A stretch of 64,000 nt of DNA from an uncultured Eubacteriales bacterium (lineage in GTDB: Bacteria > Bacillota > Clostridia > Oscillospirales > CAG-272), in contig CAJKPX010000005.1 of assembly GCA_905201895.1 (NCBI GenBank), positions 13,504-77,503 on the forward strand, written 5' to 3'. The notes under the pieces are model-generated. The model was given only the letters and a program-made list of their open reading frames with translations, did not search any database and had not been told where the DNA came from. The first letter of the stretch is position 1; each line of letters starts with the position of its first letter. The translations under genes and the position numbers were made by a program. Of the stretch, positions 1-9,854 are shown one piece after another.

Positions 1-2
1 CG

Positions 3-1277
3 GTGGATGGAATCATCGCGGGAAGGTTTATTGACGAGTTTGCTTTGGGCGCAATCAGCGCCACCGGCTCCGTTGACTCACTTTTGACCGGACTCTTTCA
101 GGGCTTTGCTGTCGGTTTTTCTATTTACATATCGCATTTGTTTGGGAAAGGCGATTATTCCGCCATTAAGCGCGATACGGTGAATATGATTATATTCATC
201 GGCGCAATTTCCGTGGGTGTCAGTGCATTGGTGCTTTTCTTTCAAAATGACCTGATGCGCTATCTCAATGTGGCGCCCGAGTTGTTCGCGGATGCGAAAA
301 AATATTTTATTATTTATGCCATGGGATACGTGGTCTTTTTTATCAATCTGTTTTTGGTCAATTCCTTGTATGCATTGGGAATCACCTTCTTTTCCCTGTA
401 TGTTACGCTGATATCTGCACTCCTGAATATTGCCGGCAACCTTGTGACGGTTCTTGTATTTGGTATGGGCGTAGAGGGATTGGCAATTGCCACAGTGTTA
501 TCATCCTTGGTATCAACCGTCGTGTATTCTGTTTTGCTTTGTCGGGCATTCCGTGAGCTGGGGGGGGAGAAAACTTCGTATCGCTTCAGTTTCTCTTGCG
601 TGAAGCACTCTTTTCGTTATGCCGTTCCCGCTGCTATTCAAAATCTGTCCTTTCATGGCGTTTCCTTTATCATTTCTCCCGCTATCAATGCTCTTGGCGC
701 AGTGGTAACCACGGAGTATAACATATGTAACCGCCTGTATGCCCTCTGCACCATGAGCCTTTGGGGAATTGCCTCTGCCTTTGCCTGCTACACGGCACAG
801 AGTGCGGGAGAGGGGAATATACAGAAGATTCGCCGAGGTGTTTGGATCGGATTTTGGATGACATGGGTGACGGTCTTGCCCTTTGTGGCGGTATTTTCGG
901 CTTTTGGCGGCCCGATTGCCTCCATGTTCTTTCCGAAGGGCTATGAGGGAGAGGCACTTTCCCACGCGGTGCGTTATGCCCATGTTTATCTGCCTTTTGT
1001 GGTATCCGTTCAATTGATCCAGCATTTCTATCATACCTATCTGCGTAGTCTCGGACGAGTAAGCGTCGTGCTTGGAATTACCGTTACGGGCAGTATCGTT
1101 CGTGTTGCGATAACGCTGCTCTTGACACCCGTGATTGGCTTGGATGGTGTGTTTTTAGCACAGCTTTTGGGGTGGGCAATTGATTCGATCATTTCGTTTA
1201 TCCTCTATTTCTTCCGATATCGAACCGACTCGCACCTCAAACGCGTGCTTGTCTCCCAACATATTTCGGATTGCTGA
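3..1277 (+). CDS. MATE family efflux transporter (5' end outside window)
   Basis: ORF open to the window edge. It is a polytopic hydrophobic protein with MATE-like N-terminal repeat motifs, and a hairpin terminator follows at 1322-1361. Confidence 0.75.
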   Translation: MDGIIAGRFIDEFALGAISATGSVDSLLTGLFQGFAVGFSIYISHLFGKGDYSAIKRDTVNMIIFIGAISVGVSALVLFFQNDLMRYLNVAPELFADAKKYFIIYAMGYVVFFINLFLVNSLYALGITFFSLYVTLISALLNIAGNLVTVLVFGMGVEGLAIATVLSSLVSTVVYSVLLCRAFRELGGEKTSYRFSFSCVKHSFRYAVPAAIQNLSFHGVSFIISPAINALGAVVTTEYNICNRLYALCTMSLWGIASAFACYTAQSAGEGNIQKIRRGVWIGFWMTWVTVLPFVAVFSAFGGPIASMFFPKGYEGEALSHAVRYAHVYLPFVVSVQLIQHFYHTYLRSLGRVSVVLGITVTGSIVRVAITLLLTPVIGLDGVFLAQLLGWAIDSIISFILYFFRYRTDSHLKRVLVSQHISDC

Positions 1278-1321
1278 TACGCTTTTCTTTTGATCGTTTA
1301 TCGAAAAAACTGCAAGAAAAA

Positions 1322-1361
1322 ACGGACACATCAAAGGGAAAAATCCCGATGGTGTGTCCGT
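1322..1361. terminator. Bidirectional hairpin between convergent genes
   Basis: Arms acggacaca...tgtgtccgt with an inner ggga/tccc pairing. An A-run lies upstream and ttttctgtttt downstream. Confidence 0.6.
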
Positions 1362-1369
1362 TTTCTGTT

Positions 1370-1822
1370 TTAATGTTTTTTCAACGTTGGGATATTCTTT
1401 TTCTTGATCATTTTTTGAAGATAGGTAAATCCAACCAGGCTGTCAAAGAAATGGAACGCCTTTTTTCGGTTGTCGCGGTATAACAGGAGCTCGTTTGTGC
1501 GATATGCGCTCAGGTACGTCTGCTTGTCCTTTTTGCCTTTTTTCGCTTTGATCGAAGCCCAATCCGTCTCTTTTTTCAAGACACCGAATGCGGTTTGCAC
1601 GATCCTTTGGGAGGTCACGTGGCAGCGATAGGAGAGCCGATACAGAAATGTGATTCCGAAAAATGCCGTGATTGGGTAAAACAAAAAGGGGAGTGGACGC
1701 AGACTCGGGACGGAATAGAGGATGTGGGGCGAGATTGCAAACGCAAGGCAGATGAGCGCAAAGCAGAGCGGCGTGCGCTGAGCGGCTTTGGAATAGCGCA
1801 TGGTAAAGTCGTTGGGGTTCAT
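1370..1822 (-). CDS. Small membrane protein, possible bacterial PH (YdbS/T-like) domain
   Basis: Start chosen at ATG 1822, preceded by GGAGG (gaggaggtggga-ATG). The protein has two hydrophobic helices and then a basic soluble tail. The upstream part of the 177-aa ORF lacks an RBS. Confidence 0.5.
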   Translation of the reverse strand: MNPNDFTMRYSKAAQRTPLCFALICLAFAISPHILYSVPSLRPLPFLFYPITAFFGITFLYRLSYRCHVTSQRIVQTAFGVLKKETDWASIKAKKGKKDKQTYLSAYRTNELLLYRDNRKKAFHFFDSLVGFTYLQKMIKKKNIPTLKKH

Positions 1823-2099
1823 TCCCACCTCCTCGCGTCTTGCGCCCTCATATGCTGAAAAGTCGATGCCCCTGATCAGATCGCGGGAAACGTGCCAAGC
1901 CAAATCAAGCCCTCCTTTCTCGAAAGCGTTGTTTGTAAAATCGTTGTCGGTGACTGTAAGCGAATCGTTTCATTCGACATTCACCTGTGACTTCTTACTG
2001 CCTTGGACTATACCAAGTATATCAGATTTTGCATTTGTTGTCAACAACAAGCATCGAGATTTTGTTTTGAAGATCAACCGTTTTTGAATTCCGAAAAGA

Positions 2100-2141
2100 T
2101 TGGACACATCAAACGAGCAAATGCTCAAATGGTGTGTCCAA
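2100..2141 (-). terminator. Hairpin closing the trmFO-side transcription unit; related in sequence to the hairpin at 1322-1361
   Basis: ttggacacatcaaa...atggtgtgtccaa. On the minus strand it is followed by tcttttcgg. Confidence 0.45.
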
Positions 2142-2186
2142 CTATTTTATGAAAGTTTTTGCAGAGATTTTTCCAGCATGTGTTTG

Positions 2187-2429
2187 TCAGTATGCCCGGA
2201 CCTCAAAGATCACGGCATCGCGATGTCCGTTTGTTTGGTGAACGTTTATTTCGACGCGGTCGCAGAGCGTCTTTTCAAAGCGGAGGACGTTGAGACGCTG
2301 GTGATTATCGCGCACCTCGATCGTTTTCACAACCTTAGCCGAGGCAGAAGAGGTTGAACTCGGTTTTAAGAGAGCCCTTTTTCGCCATACTGCAGGAAAA
2401 TTTCTTGTCATATTGGTATATAACTGCAA
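2187..2429 (-). CDS. 80-aa ORF of uncertain status; its 3' 49 codons may be a severed trmFO C-terminal tail
   Basis: TTG start at 2429 (AAGGA lies 5 nt upstream) or ATG at 2411, both inside the inverted-repeat cassette. GC3 is about 1/3 in 2336-2429 and about 2/3 in 2187-2335. Confidence 0.3.
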   Translation of the reverse strand: MQLYTNMTRNFPAVWRKRALLKPSSTSSASAKVVKTIEVRDNHQRLNVLRFEKTLCDRVEINVHQTNGHRDAVIFEVRAY

Positions 2430-2614
2430 AATTTTCCTTTGCCTGACAAAAAATGGCTTCTCTTAAAACTTCGCAGAACCCCAGAGCCTGAAGTTTTATG
2501 ATGATTTTGGTGTTAGCCGAGCGCAGCAAGGTTGATACCTTGCAAGAGAGGAAAACGCCGAAAGCGCTAAAAATTCAGGCTTTGGGGCGGGTTCAACCTC
2601 TTCTGCCTCGGCTA
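2336..2614. mobile_element. MITE-like inverted-repeat cassette (alternatives: invertible segment or structured RNA)
   Basis: Perfect 24-nt inverted repeat tagccgaggcagaagaggttgaac at 2336-2359, with its reverse complement at 2591-2614. Outer TA dinucleotides flank it. Two internal arms pair at 2364-2376/2455-2468 and 2479-2492/2574-2587. Confidence 0.5.
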
Positions 2615-3933
2615 CCCGTGATCTGATCAATCAGGGCAAGTGCGCGCTCTGCCAGCTTTTCGTTCTTTGCCGTTTTGCCACCCTTGACGCGATAGCCGAG
2701 CGGGCGAACGATACCGAAATTGGCATTCATCGGCGCAAAGGGTCCCACGCCGCCGCGGCTGACGTATGCCGCCATCGCGCCGATCATGGTGTCCTCGGGG
2801 TAAATACAAGCATCCTCGCCCTTTGCACGACGCGCCGCGTTGACACCCGCAACAAGTCCGCTGCCCGCAGACTCCACGTAGCCCTCCACGCCGGTCATCT
2901 GTCCTGCGAAAAAGACGTTTGGACGGCTCACCATCGAATAGTCAGCTCCGAGAAGCCCGGGAGAATTGAGATAAGTGTTTCGGTGCATCACACCGTAGCG
3001 CAAAAACTCGGCGTTCTCCAGCCCCGGAATCATGCGGAACACGCGCCGCTGCTCGGGAAAGGTGAGATGGGTCTGGAAGCCGACCAGATTGAACATGGTT
3101 GCCTCCACGTTCTCCTTTCGGAGCTGCACCACGGCATACGCCTCCTCGCCCACACGCGGGTCGATCAAACCAACCGGCTTGAGCGGTCCGTAGCGCAGGG
3201 TATCGTAGCCGCGACGCGCCATGACCTCAACCGGCATACAGCCCTCAAAAACCTTGAGCGACTTCTGACTTTCGCGGTCAAAATCCTTGAGCTCTGCCTC
3301 CTCGGCAGAGAGCAGCGCCTCATAGAAGGCGTCGTACTGCTCCTTCGTCATCGGGCAGTTGATATAGTCGGCATCGCCCTTGTTGTAGCGCGATGCGAAA
3401 TAGGCAACGTCCATATTGACCGTAGAAAAATCAACGATCGGTGCCGCCGCATCAAAGAAATGCAGACCCTCGCAGCCCAGATCGCGGCGGATATACTCTG
3501 CCATCGCATCCGAGGTCAAGGGGCCCGTGGCGATTACGGTGACGGCATCGTCAAGTACACGGTCTGCTTCCGCCTCAACAACCTCAATGAGGGGATGAGC
3601 GGTGATCTTGTCGGTAATATATTGCGAGAATTTCAAGCGGTCAACTGCCAGTGCAGAGCCTGCGGGAACGCGGGTGGCGTCTGCCGCCTCCATGATCAAC
3701 GACCCAAGTCGGCGCATCTCCTCCTTGAGGAGACCTACCGCATTTGCGGTGCTGTCGGAGCGCAGCGAATTGGAGCAGACCAGCTCGGCAAAGGTGGGCA
3801 CATGATGCGCGGGCGTGTATTTCTGTGGCTTCATTTCATAGAGCCGAACCTGCACGCCGCGCTCTGCCGCCTGCCATGCTGCCTCACATCCCGCAAGCCC
3901 CGCACCAAAGATATGAACGGTTGGCATGCTCAT
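2593..3933 (-). CDS. trmFO: Methylenetetrahydrofolate--tRNA-(uracil-5-)-methyltransferase TrmFO (Gid)
   Basis: N-terminal FAD motif [16 protein letters not shown] and GidA-like core. It sits in the conserved topA-trmFO position with a 4-nt overlap with topA. Confidence 0.93.
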   Translation of the reverse strand: MSMPTVHIFGAGLAGCEAAWQAAERGVQVRLYEMKPQKYTPAHHVPTFAELVCSNSLRSDSTANAVGLLKEEMRRLGSLIMEAADATRVPAGSALAVDRLKFSQYITDKITAHPLIEVVEAEADRVLDDAVTVIATGPLTSDAMAEYIRRDLGCEGLHFFDAAAPIVDFSTVNMDVAYFASRYNKGDADYINCPMTKEQYDAFYEALLSAEEAELKDFDRESQKSLKVFEGCMPVEVMARRGYDTLRYGPLKPVGLIDPRVGEEAYAVVQLRKENVEATMFNLVGFQTHLTFPEQRRVFRMIPGLENAEFLRYGVMHRNTYLNSPGLLGADYSMVSRPNVFFAGQMTGVEGYVESAGSGLVAGVNAARRAKGEDACIYPEDTMIGAMAAYVSRGGVGPFAPMNANFGIVRPLGYRVKGGKTAKNEKLAERALALIDQITGSRGRRG

Positions 3934-6245
3934 TCCTCGCTTGCGGTTTCTGGCGTCTGATCGGTGATCTCGCGCGAATATCCGCAGTCTGCCTCATGGC
4001 AAACAAGCAGATTTTTGCCTTTTTTGCGGAACAGCAGCTTGCCGCAATCGGGGCAAAGCTCATGCACGGGCATATCCCAGGACGAGAAATCGCAGGTGGG
4101 ATATTTCTCACAGCTGTAAAATACAGAATGGTTGCGACCGAACTTGGTGACGATCTTTGCACCGCACTTGGGGCAATCCACGCCGGTTTCGCGCACGCGC
4201 GCCTTGGTGAACTTGCACTCGGGATAACGGCTGCAAGCATAGAAGCTGCCGAATTTACCCGTGCGCAGAACCATATCCGATCCGCATTTCTCACATTTGA
4301 AGTCGGCGATCACAGGAGCCTTTTTCTGCTCCTTTGCCTCCTCCCCTTCTCCTGCATCCTCTGCGGCGGGAGCCGTGAGAGGCTTGGTGTTGCGACAGGT
4401 GGGATAGTTGGGACATGCGGCAAATTTGCCGAAGCGACCGTTGCGCACAACCATGCGGCTTCCGCATTTGTCGCAGATGATGTCGGTCTCCTCGGGCGGA
4501 ACCTCGATGGCGTTCTCCTTGATTGTTTTCTCCGCCTCCTCGAGCTGCTTTGCAAAATCAGCCCAGAAGCGACGCAAAACGTTGAGCATCTCCTCGTTTC
4601 CGTCCTCGATCTCGTCAAGCGACTTCTCCATCTCTGCGGTAAAGCCATAGTCGACGATCGTCGGGAAATTTTCGAGCATGAGCTTATTCGTGACCTCACC
4701 CAAAGGCGTGGGCACGAACGCCTTGCCCTCACGCTTGACGTAGTTGCGTGCAAGAATGGTGGTGATGATGCTGACGTAGGTACTCGGGCGTCCGATCTCA
4801 AGGTCCTTGAGCATCTGAACGAGCGAGGAATCGTTATAACGAACGGGGGGCTCGGTGAAATGCTGGGTCAGCTCGGCGTCATCGGCGTCAAGCTTCTGTC
4901 CGCCAACCAGCTCGGGCAGGCGAATATCCTTGACCTCGCGAGGATTGTCAGCGGTAACACGCGCCTCGTCCTCGCTCTGTTCGTAGAGTGCCATATATCC
5001 GGGGAAGCTGACCGAATATCCGCTCGTGCGGAACAAATAGCCCTCACAGATAAAGTCGATCGTGATGGTATCGAGCTCGGCAGACTCCATCTGGCTTGCA
5101 ACAAAGCACTCCCAGATCAGCTTATAGAGCTTGAACTGATCGGTGCTCAATTGCTTGCGGATACGCTGGGGCTCAAGTTCGACGTTGGTGGGACGGATCG
5201 CCTCGTGCGCGTCCTGTGCACTTCCCTTGGTCTTAAACACGCGGGGCGTTTCGGGGCAGTATTGATCCCCGTATTTCTGCTTGATAAAGTCTCTTGCGTT
5301 CTCTTTTGCATCTGCTGAAATGCGAACCGAGTCGGTACGCATATAGGTAATCAGACCCTGCACGCCGCCAAATTCGGAGCCGAGGTTGACACCTTCGTAG
5401 AGCTCCTGTGCCACGCGCATGGTGCGCTGGGACTGGAAGCCGAGCTTGCGGAACGCCTCCTGTTGGAGCGTTGCCGTGGTGAAGGGCGCGGCAGGAATCT
5501 TGTGGCGCGTTGCCTTCTTCACCGAATTGACGGTGTAGGGCTTACCGTTGACCGCATTTGCAACCGCATTTGCCTCCGCCTCGTTTGCAAGACGGACCTT
5601 GCCCTCCTCATTGCCCCAAAAATGAACGAGAAAGGACTTTCCGTCGGGGCTGTGAAGCATCGAATCAATCGTCCAATATTCCTCGGGGACGAACGAACGG
5701 ATCTTCTCCTCGCGCTCAACGATGATGCGCGTTGCAACCGACTGCACGCGACCTGCACTGAGTCCGCTTTTCACGTTCTTCCAGAGCAGCGGGCTGAGCT
5801 TATAGCCGAGGATACGGTCCAGGATACGGCGCGTTTGTTGAGAGTTGACGAGGTTCATGTCGATCGGGCGGGGCGATTTGATCGCTGCCTTGACCGCACT
5901 TTTGGTAACCTCATGGAAGCAGATGCGCTGCGTTTTTTCTTCGGGAATTCCAAGTGCCGCAGCGAGATGCCATGCGATAGCCTCTCCCTCGCGGTCAGGG
6001 TCGGTTGCAAGGAAAATCTTGTTTGCCGACTTTGCCTCGCGGCGGATCTCCTTGATCAGGTCGCCCTTGCCTCGGATATTGATATAGTGTGCGTCGAAAT
6101 CGTTTTCAATATCAACGCCGAGTGAGCTTTTGGGAAGATCGCGGACGTGTCCGAAGGACGCGATCACCTTGTAATTGGTTCCAAGATATCCCTTCACGGT
6201 CAGCGCCTTGGAGGGAGACTCCAAAATTACCAGATTGTTTGCCAT
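3930..6245 (-). CDS. topA: DNA topoisomerase I
   Basis: TOPRIM N-terminus ([10 protein letters not shown]), a type IA core, and four C-terminal CxxC...CxxC zinc ribbons. Confidence 0.96.
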   Translation of the reverse strand: MANNLVILESPSKALTVKGYLGTNYKVIASFGHVRDLPKSSLGVDIENDFDAHYINIRGKGDLIKEIRREAKSANKIFLATDPDREGEAIAWHLAAALGIPEEKTQRICFHEVTKSAVKAAIKSPRPIDMNLVNSQQTRRILDRILGYKLSPLLWKNVKSGLSAGRVQSVATRIIVEREEKIRSFVPEEYWTIDSMLHSPDGKSFLVHFWGNEEGKVRLANEAEANAVANAVNGKPYTVNSVKKATRHKIPAAPFTTATLQQEAFRKLGFQSQRTMRVAQELYEGVNLGSEFGGVQGLITYMRTDSVRISADAKENARDFIKQKYGDQYCPETPRVFKTKGSAQDAHEAIRPTNVELEPQRIRKQLSTDQFKLYKLIWECFVASQMESAELDTITIDFICEGYLFRTSGYSVSFPGYMALYEQSEDEARVTADNPREVKDIRLPELVGGQKLDADDAELTQHFTEPPVRYNDSSLVQMLKDLEIGRPSTYVSIITTILARNYVKREGKAFVPTPLGEVTNKLMLENFPTIVDYGFTAEMEKSLDEIEDGNEEMLNVLRRFWADFAKQLEEAEKTIKENAIEVPPEETDIICDKCGSRMVVRNGRFGKFAACPNYPTCRNTKPLTAPAAEDAGEGEEAKEQKKAPVIADFKCEKCGSDMVLRTGKFGSFYACSRYPECKFTKARVRETGVDCPKCGAKIVTKFGRNHSVFYSCEKYPTCDFSSWDMPVHELCPDCGKLLFRKKGKNLLVCHEADCGYSREITDQTPETASEE

Positions 6246-6269
6246 TTACAGTTCCTTTCTTTCGGGGTT

Positions 6270-7646
6270 TTAGGTTTTGATATATAGTGCCCCCGGGAGC
6301 TTTTGGATCAGCCCCAGGATTTCAAGCATTGTCAGCGCGGCGATGATATCGCCGTAAGAATGATCGAGCTTGACCAGCTCATCCGCCGTGATCGCCCGAT
6401 CGTCGGGGATCGCCTCGAGAACCGCACGCTGAACCTCACTGAGAGAGGAAAGCGTTTCGTCGGGGGTGCGATGCTCGGTCAGTCTTGCCTGCTCAGTTGA
6501 CGACGGCACGGATTTGCTGCGCGCAAGCGACTCGGCGTTCGATTTTGCGGATGCCGTTTTTCTTCGATCAGAGCGTTTTTTCTTCTCGAGAGGCTCCGAG
6601 GAGATGTCTGCCCGTGTGGCCGTCACGGCAGCGGCTGCCTGCTCGACTTGCGGCGAAGGCGCGGCTGCCTTTGCGTGGTAGCGAATTACGCCCACGCGAT
6701 CAAGGTACTCGGGATCGGGCTGCGAGCGGTCTCCCACCGCAAATAGCTTCGCAGTGTTCAGATTGCCCGAGAAAACGTATTCAAAGGGCTCAAGAATATC
6801 CTTCGTCCGCAACACGAGCGTGGCGCCGTCGCGCAGAAGTCCGTTGGTGCCCTCGGCACCCTCGCTACCCACGTTGGCGGGAACGGTAAAGACCTCTCTC
6901 CCCTGCAGGATCGCTTCCTTTGCGGTGATGAGCGAACCGCTTCCGATGCCTGCCTCTACCACGAGGGTTCCGTGTGTCATACCGCTGATGATGCGGTTTC
7001 GGGTTGGAAAATGATAGGAATTCGGGCGCGTACCGGGCGGATATTCGGAAAGCAGCAGACCGTGTGCCGCGATCTCGTCCATCAATCCCCGATGATGCCT
7101 CGGATACACAACGTCAACGCCGCATCCCAGCACCGCTACCGTGGTTCCTCCCGCGCGGAGAGCCGCAGCGGCAGAAACGCCGTCGATGCCCGCTGCCATA
7201 CCGCTGACAACGATTGCATTGGTCACCGCCAGCTCATAGGATAGCTTATACGCCGAGCGCAAACCGTATGCACTCATTTTGCGCGTCCCGACCACGCCGA
7301 TGCAAAGGCGTCGGTCAAGCTCGGGGAGCGTTCCTCGATAGTAAAGCAAAACAGGCGGTCGCTCAATCTGCTTGAGCGTGTTTGGATAGCGCGGATCCGA
7401 ATAGGCAAGAATGCCGATCCCCAGGCGCTCGCAGACACGCAGTATTTCGGTTGCACGCTCAAGACTTTTCTCTGAAAGTCGCTTGCGAGTACGGTCTGAG
7501 AGCGCTCCGATGCGTTCGAGCTCTCCCTCCTCGGCATGAAAGATGTCATAGGGGTTCTCATACAGACTGATCAACGTGCGAAAATCGCGACTTGCGGCGC
7601 CGAGCGCCTCGGACAGCCATATCCAGAACAGCATATCTCTTTGCAT
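6270..7646 (-). CDS. dprA: DNA processing protein DprA (Smf)
   Basis: Rossmann-like DprA core (VVGTRK...SGMAAGIDG...FPTRNRIISG) and a C-terminal winged-helix region. Start taken at the internal ATG 7646, so the gene does not overlap the upstream gene. Confidence 0.88.
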   Translation of the reverse strand: MQRDMLFWIWLSEALGAASRDFRTLISLYENPYDIFHAEEGELERIGALSDRTRKRLSEKSLERATEILRVCERLGIGILAYSDPRYPNTLKQIERPPVLLYYRGTLPELDRRLCIGVVGTRKMSAYGLRSAYKLSYELAVTNAIVVSGMAAGIDGVSAAAALRAGGTTVAVLGCGVDVVYPRHHRGLMDEIAAHGLLLSEYPPGTRPNSYHFPTRNRIISGMTHGTLVVEAGIGSGSLITAKEAILQGREVFTVPANVGSEGAEGTNGLLRDGATLVLRTKDILEPFEYVFSGNLNTAKLFAVGDRSQPDPEYLDRVGVIRYHAKAAAPSPQVEQAAAAVTATRADISSEPLEKKKRSDRRKTASAKSNAESLARSKSVPSSTEQARLTEHRTPDETLSSLSEVQRAVLEAIPDDRAITADELVKLDHSYGDIIAALTMLEILGLIQKLPGALYIKT

Positions 7647-7669
7647 AACCGTACTCCTCTCCGTCAATT

Positions 7670-8521
7670 TCAGAAACCGGATTGTTTTCCGATAAATTCC
7701 CACATCAGAATGGATGCCGCAACCGCCGCGTTGAAGGACTCGGCACGGTTGGTCATCGGAATGATGACGCATCCGTTGCACGCCGCCACCGTTTCGGCAG
7801 TCAGCCCGTGCCCCTCGTTGCCGATCACAACGGTGTCACCCGCCTCGGGAACAAAGCTGCCAAGCGGCTTCGCCCCCGCATTCAATGCGGCGGCATAGAC
7901 GCGACGCCCCGACTCACGCAGGTGCGCGATCACCTCGGGCAGGCTATCCACGCGCGTGATCGGCTGATTGAACAGCGTTCCCATTGAGGCTCGCACGGCA
8001 CGTGGGTGATAGATATCTGCGCAGTCGGCACTCATGATAATGCGGTCGACTCCGATCGCCGCGGCGCTTCGGATGATCGCACCGACGTTGGATGGATCGC
8101 GCACCGATTCCAGGAGCACGATCCGCTCGTTTTTTATATTGAAAAAATCGGCGCTATTATATATTGTAATGTTTTTTTCAAATTTGTCAATATATTTTGC
8201 GATACAAATTACGCCTTCGGGTGATTTTTCTTCTGAAATTTTATCAAAAAGCTCGTCAGACAACACCACAACGCGTGCATCGGTTGTAAAGCCCGACTCG
8301 GCACATAGTTTTTCACAGTCACGCAAGATGCGATCGGCGCTCGACCGACGCAGAGCAATCAGCTCCAGCTCCAGCCGATTTTTGATCGCCTCGGCAAGCA
8401 GCTTGATGCCGTCAAACCGAAAAAGACGGCGTTCCTCGCGCGTTTTTCGGTCGGTCAGCTTGCATAGCTCCACCACGGTTCTATTCTGTCTGGAAGTGAT
8501 CACTTCCTCGCTAAAATTCAC
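7670..8521 (-). CDS. TrmH/SpoU family RNA 2'-O-methyltransferase
   Basis: SpoU motifs (RDPSNVGAIIRSA, VIGNEGHGL, IPMTNRAESFNAAVAASI). GTG start at 8521 lies 7 nt after AAGGAGGG. The longer ORF start would overlap the rplT terminator. Confidence 0.85.
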   Translation of the reverse strand: MNFSEEVITSRQNRTVVELCKLTDRKTREERRLFRFDGIKLLAEAIKNRLELELIALRRSSADRILRDCEKLCAESGFTTDARVVVLSDELFDKISEEKSPEGVICIAKYIDKFEKNITIYNSADFFNIKNERIVLLESVRDPSNVGAIIRSAAAIGVDRIIMSADCADIYHPRAVRASMGTLFNQPITRVDSLPEVIAHLRESGRRVYAAALNAGAKPLGSFVPEAGDTVVIGNEGHGLTAETVAACNGCVIIPMTNRAESFNAAVAASILMWEFIGKQSGF

Positions 8522-8591
8522 GAAAAAGCCCTCCTTTATCCTCTTTTTCAGAGCTTTTACGCCCCTCGAAAATATCTCTATCAATGACAAA

Positions 8592-8620
8592 AACCCGATG
8601 TGACCATCGGGTTTTTATAA
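8592..8620 (-). terminator. rplT terminator
   Basis: aaaacccgatg-gtca-catcgggtttt followed by a T-run on the minus strand. Confidence 0.7.
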
Positions 8621-8626
8621 TGCCGA

Positions 8627-8980
8627 TCAAAGGGCAGCCTTTGCCTGTGCACAGAGTGCTGCAAATGCTTCCTTGTCGGAAACTGCGATCTCTGCGAGCA
8701 TCTTACGGTTGAGGTTGATGCCTGCCTTCTTCAGACCGTGCATCAAGGTGGAATAGTTCATACCGTTCACCTTTGCCTGCGCGGAAATTCTGGTGATCCA
8801 GAGAGAACGGAAATCTCTCTTCTTCATCTTTCTGCCGGCAAATGCATAGTTGCCGCTCTTCATCACGGCCTGCTTTGCCATCTTGAAATGCTTGGACTTT
8901 GCGCCCCAGTAGCCCTTGGCTGCCTTCAGCATAGACTTTCTTCTCTTGCGCGTCATCATTGCGCCCTTAACTCTTGCCAT
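8627..8980 (-). CDS. rplT: 50S ribosomal protein L20
   Basis: [15 protein letters not shown]... is the canonical L20 sequence, with a GGGAGG RBS. Confidence 0.97.
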   Translation of the reverse strand: MARVKGAMMTRKRRKSMLKAAKGYWGAKSKHFKMAKQAVMKSGNYAFAGRKMKKRDFRSLWITRISAQAKVNGMNYSTLMHGLKKAGINLNRKMLAEIAVSDKEAFAALCAQAKAAL

Positions 8981-9002
8981 TTTCTATATCCTCCCTTTCG
9001 AC

Positions 9003-9197
9003 TTATTTCAGAATCAGCGTCTTCAGATTCTCTGCAACCTTACCCTGCACCATCGTGCTGGAACGCAGATGTCTGAGTCTCTTTGCGCTCTTGTTACCGG
9101 TCTTATGACGGTGCGAGCTGTGGAACATCTTTACCTTGCCGTTTGCGGTTACGGTAAATCTCTTGGCAGAAGCCTTATGTGTTTTGACCTTTCCCAT
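9003..9197 (-). CDS. rpmI: 50S ribosomal protein L35
   Basis: MGKVKTHKASAKRF... ATG at 9197 lies 8 nt after AAGGAG. Confidence 0.93.
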   Translation of the reverse strand: MGKVKTHKASAKRFTVTANGKVKMFHSSHRHKTGNKSAKRLRHLRSSTMVQGKVAENLKTLILK

Positions 9198-9315
9198 TTT
9201 CAATACTCCTTTTTTGTTTCCGGCATTTGGATACTGCCGGTTTACTTACATAATAAAACTGCTTTCTTTGCTACTCAAAGAAATCGGATAACGGATAACG
9301 GTTTCGCGTGCCGAA

Positions 9316-9840
9316 TTATTTGGCTTTGACAGGTGAAATCACCATGCTCATAAATCTGCCGTCCAGCACAGGGCGTTTTTCTACAACTCCCGCGCCCGAA
9401 CAAGCCTCCTCAAATCTCTCGAGAACCTCGCGACCGATGTTCATGTGGCTCATCTCGCGCCCCTTGAACTTCATCACAACGCGGACCTTGTTGCCATCAG
9501 CCAGAAAACGCAAAGCGTGCTTGACCTTGGTTTCAAAATCGTGCGTGTCAATGCGGCAGGAAAGCTGGATCTCCTTGAGTTCAACCGTTTGCTGCTTCTT
9601 CTTGGCTTCCTTCTCACGTTTGTCGCGCTCGAAGCGGAATTTACCGTAGTCCATGATCTTGCACACGGGCGGAGTTGCCTGCGATGCCATCATCACCAGA
9701 TCCATTCCCTTTTCATAAGCCATCTCCAATGCTTTGGCAGAGCTCATGATGCCAAGCGATTCGCCGTCGGCACCGATCAAACGCACTTCCTTTGCGTTGA
9801 TCTCCTCGTTGAGCAGGTTTTCTTTGTCTTTCGCGCTAAT
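9316..9840 (-). CDS. infC: Translation initiation factor IF-3, ATT start codon
   Basis: The IF3 N- and C-domains are recognisable. The frame stays open upstream of the first Met as I-S-A-K-D-K-E-N-L-L-N-E-E-I-N-A-K-E-V-R-L-I, and ATT at 9840-9838 lies 8 nt after GGAGG. Confidence 0.9.
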   Translation of the reverse strand: MSAKDKENLLNEEINAKEVRLIGADGESLGIMSSAKALEMAYEKGMDLVMMASQATPPVCKIMDYGKFRFERDKREKEAKKKQQTVELKEIQLSCRIDTHDFETKVKHALRFLADGNKVRVVMKFKGREMSHMNIGREVLERFEEACSGAGVVEKRPVLDGRFMSMVISPVKAK

Positions 9841-9854
9841 AGTTCAACACCTCC

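Noticed and set aside
2336-2614. Retron msr-msd reading of the inverted-repeat cassette, with flanking repeats acting as a1/a2 and internal hairpins.
   Set aside because: No reverse transcriptase ORF lies on either side; the neighbours are trmFO and a 49-codon tail. The repeats overlap a coding stop codon, which does not fit a retron locus.
3744-5318. Long antisense ORFs overlapping well-supported genes, for example 3744-5318 (+), 11519-12784 (+), 20552-21541 (+), 27817-29220 (-), 42919-44160 (+), 45825-47069 (+) and 55818-57440 (-).
   Set aside because: These are shadow ORFs of the kind expected in GC-rich coding DNA. Their translations are Arg/Gly/His-rich with no motifs, while the opposite strand encodes clearly recognisable conserved proteins.
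7647-7781. The upstream part of the 503-aa dprA ORF.
   Set aside because: It would overlap the 3' end of the trmH-like gene by more than 100 nt. The conserved DprA N-terminus begins at the internal Met (MQRDMLFWIWLSE).
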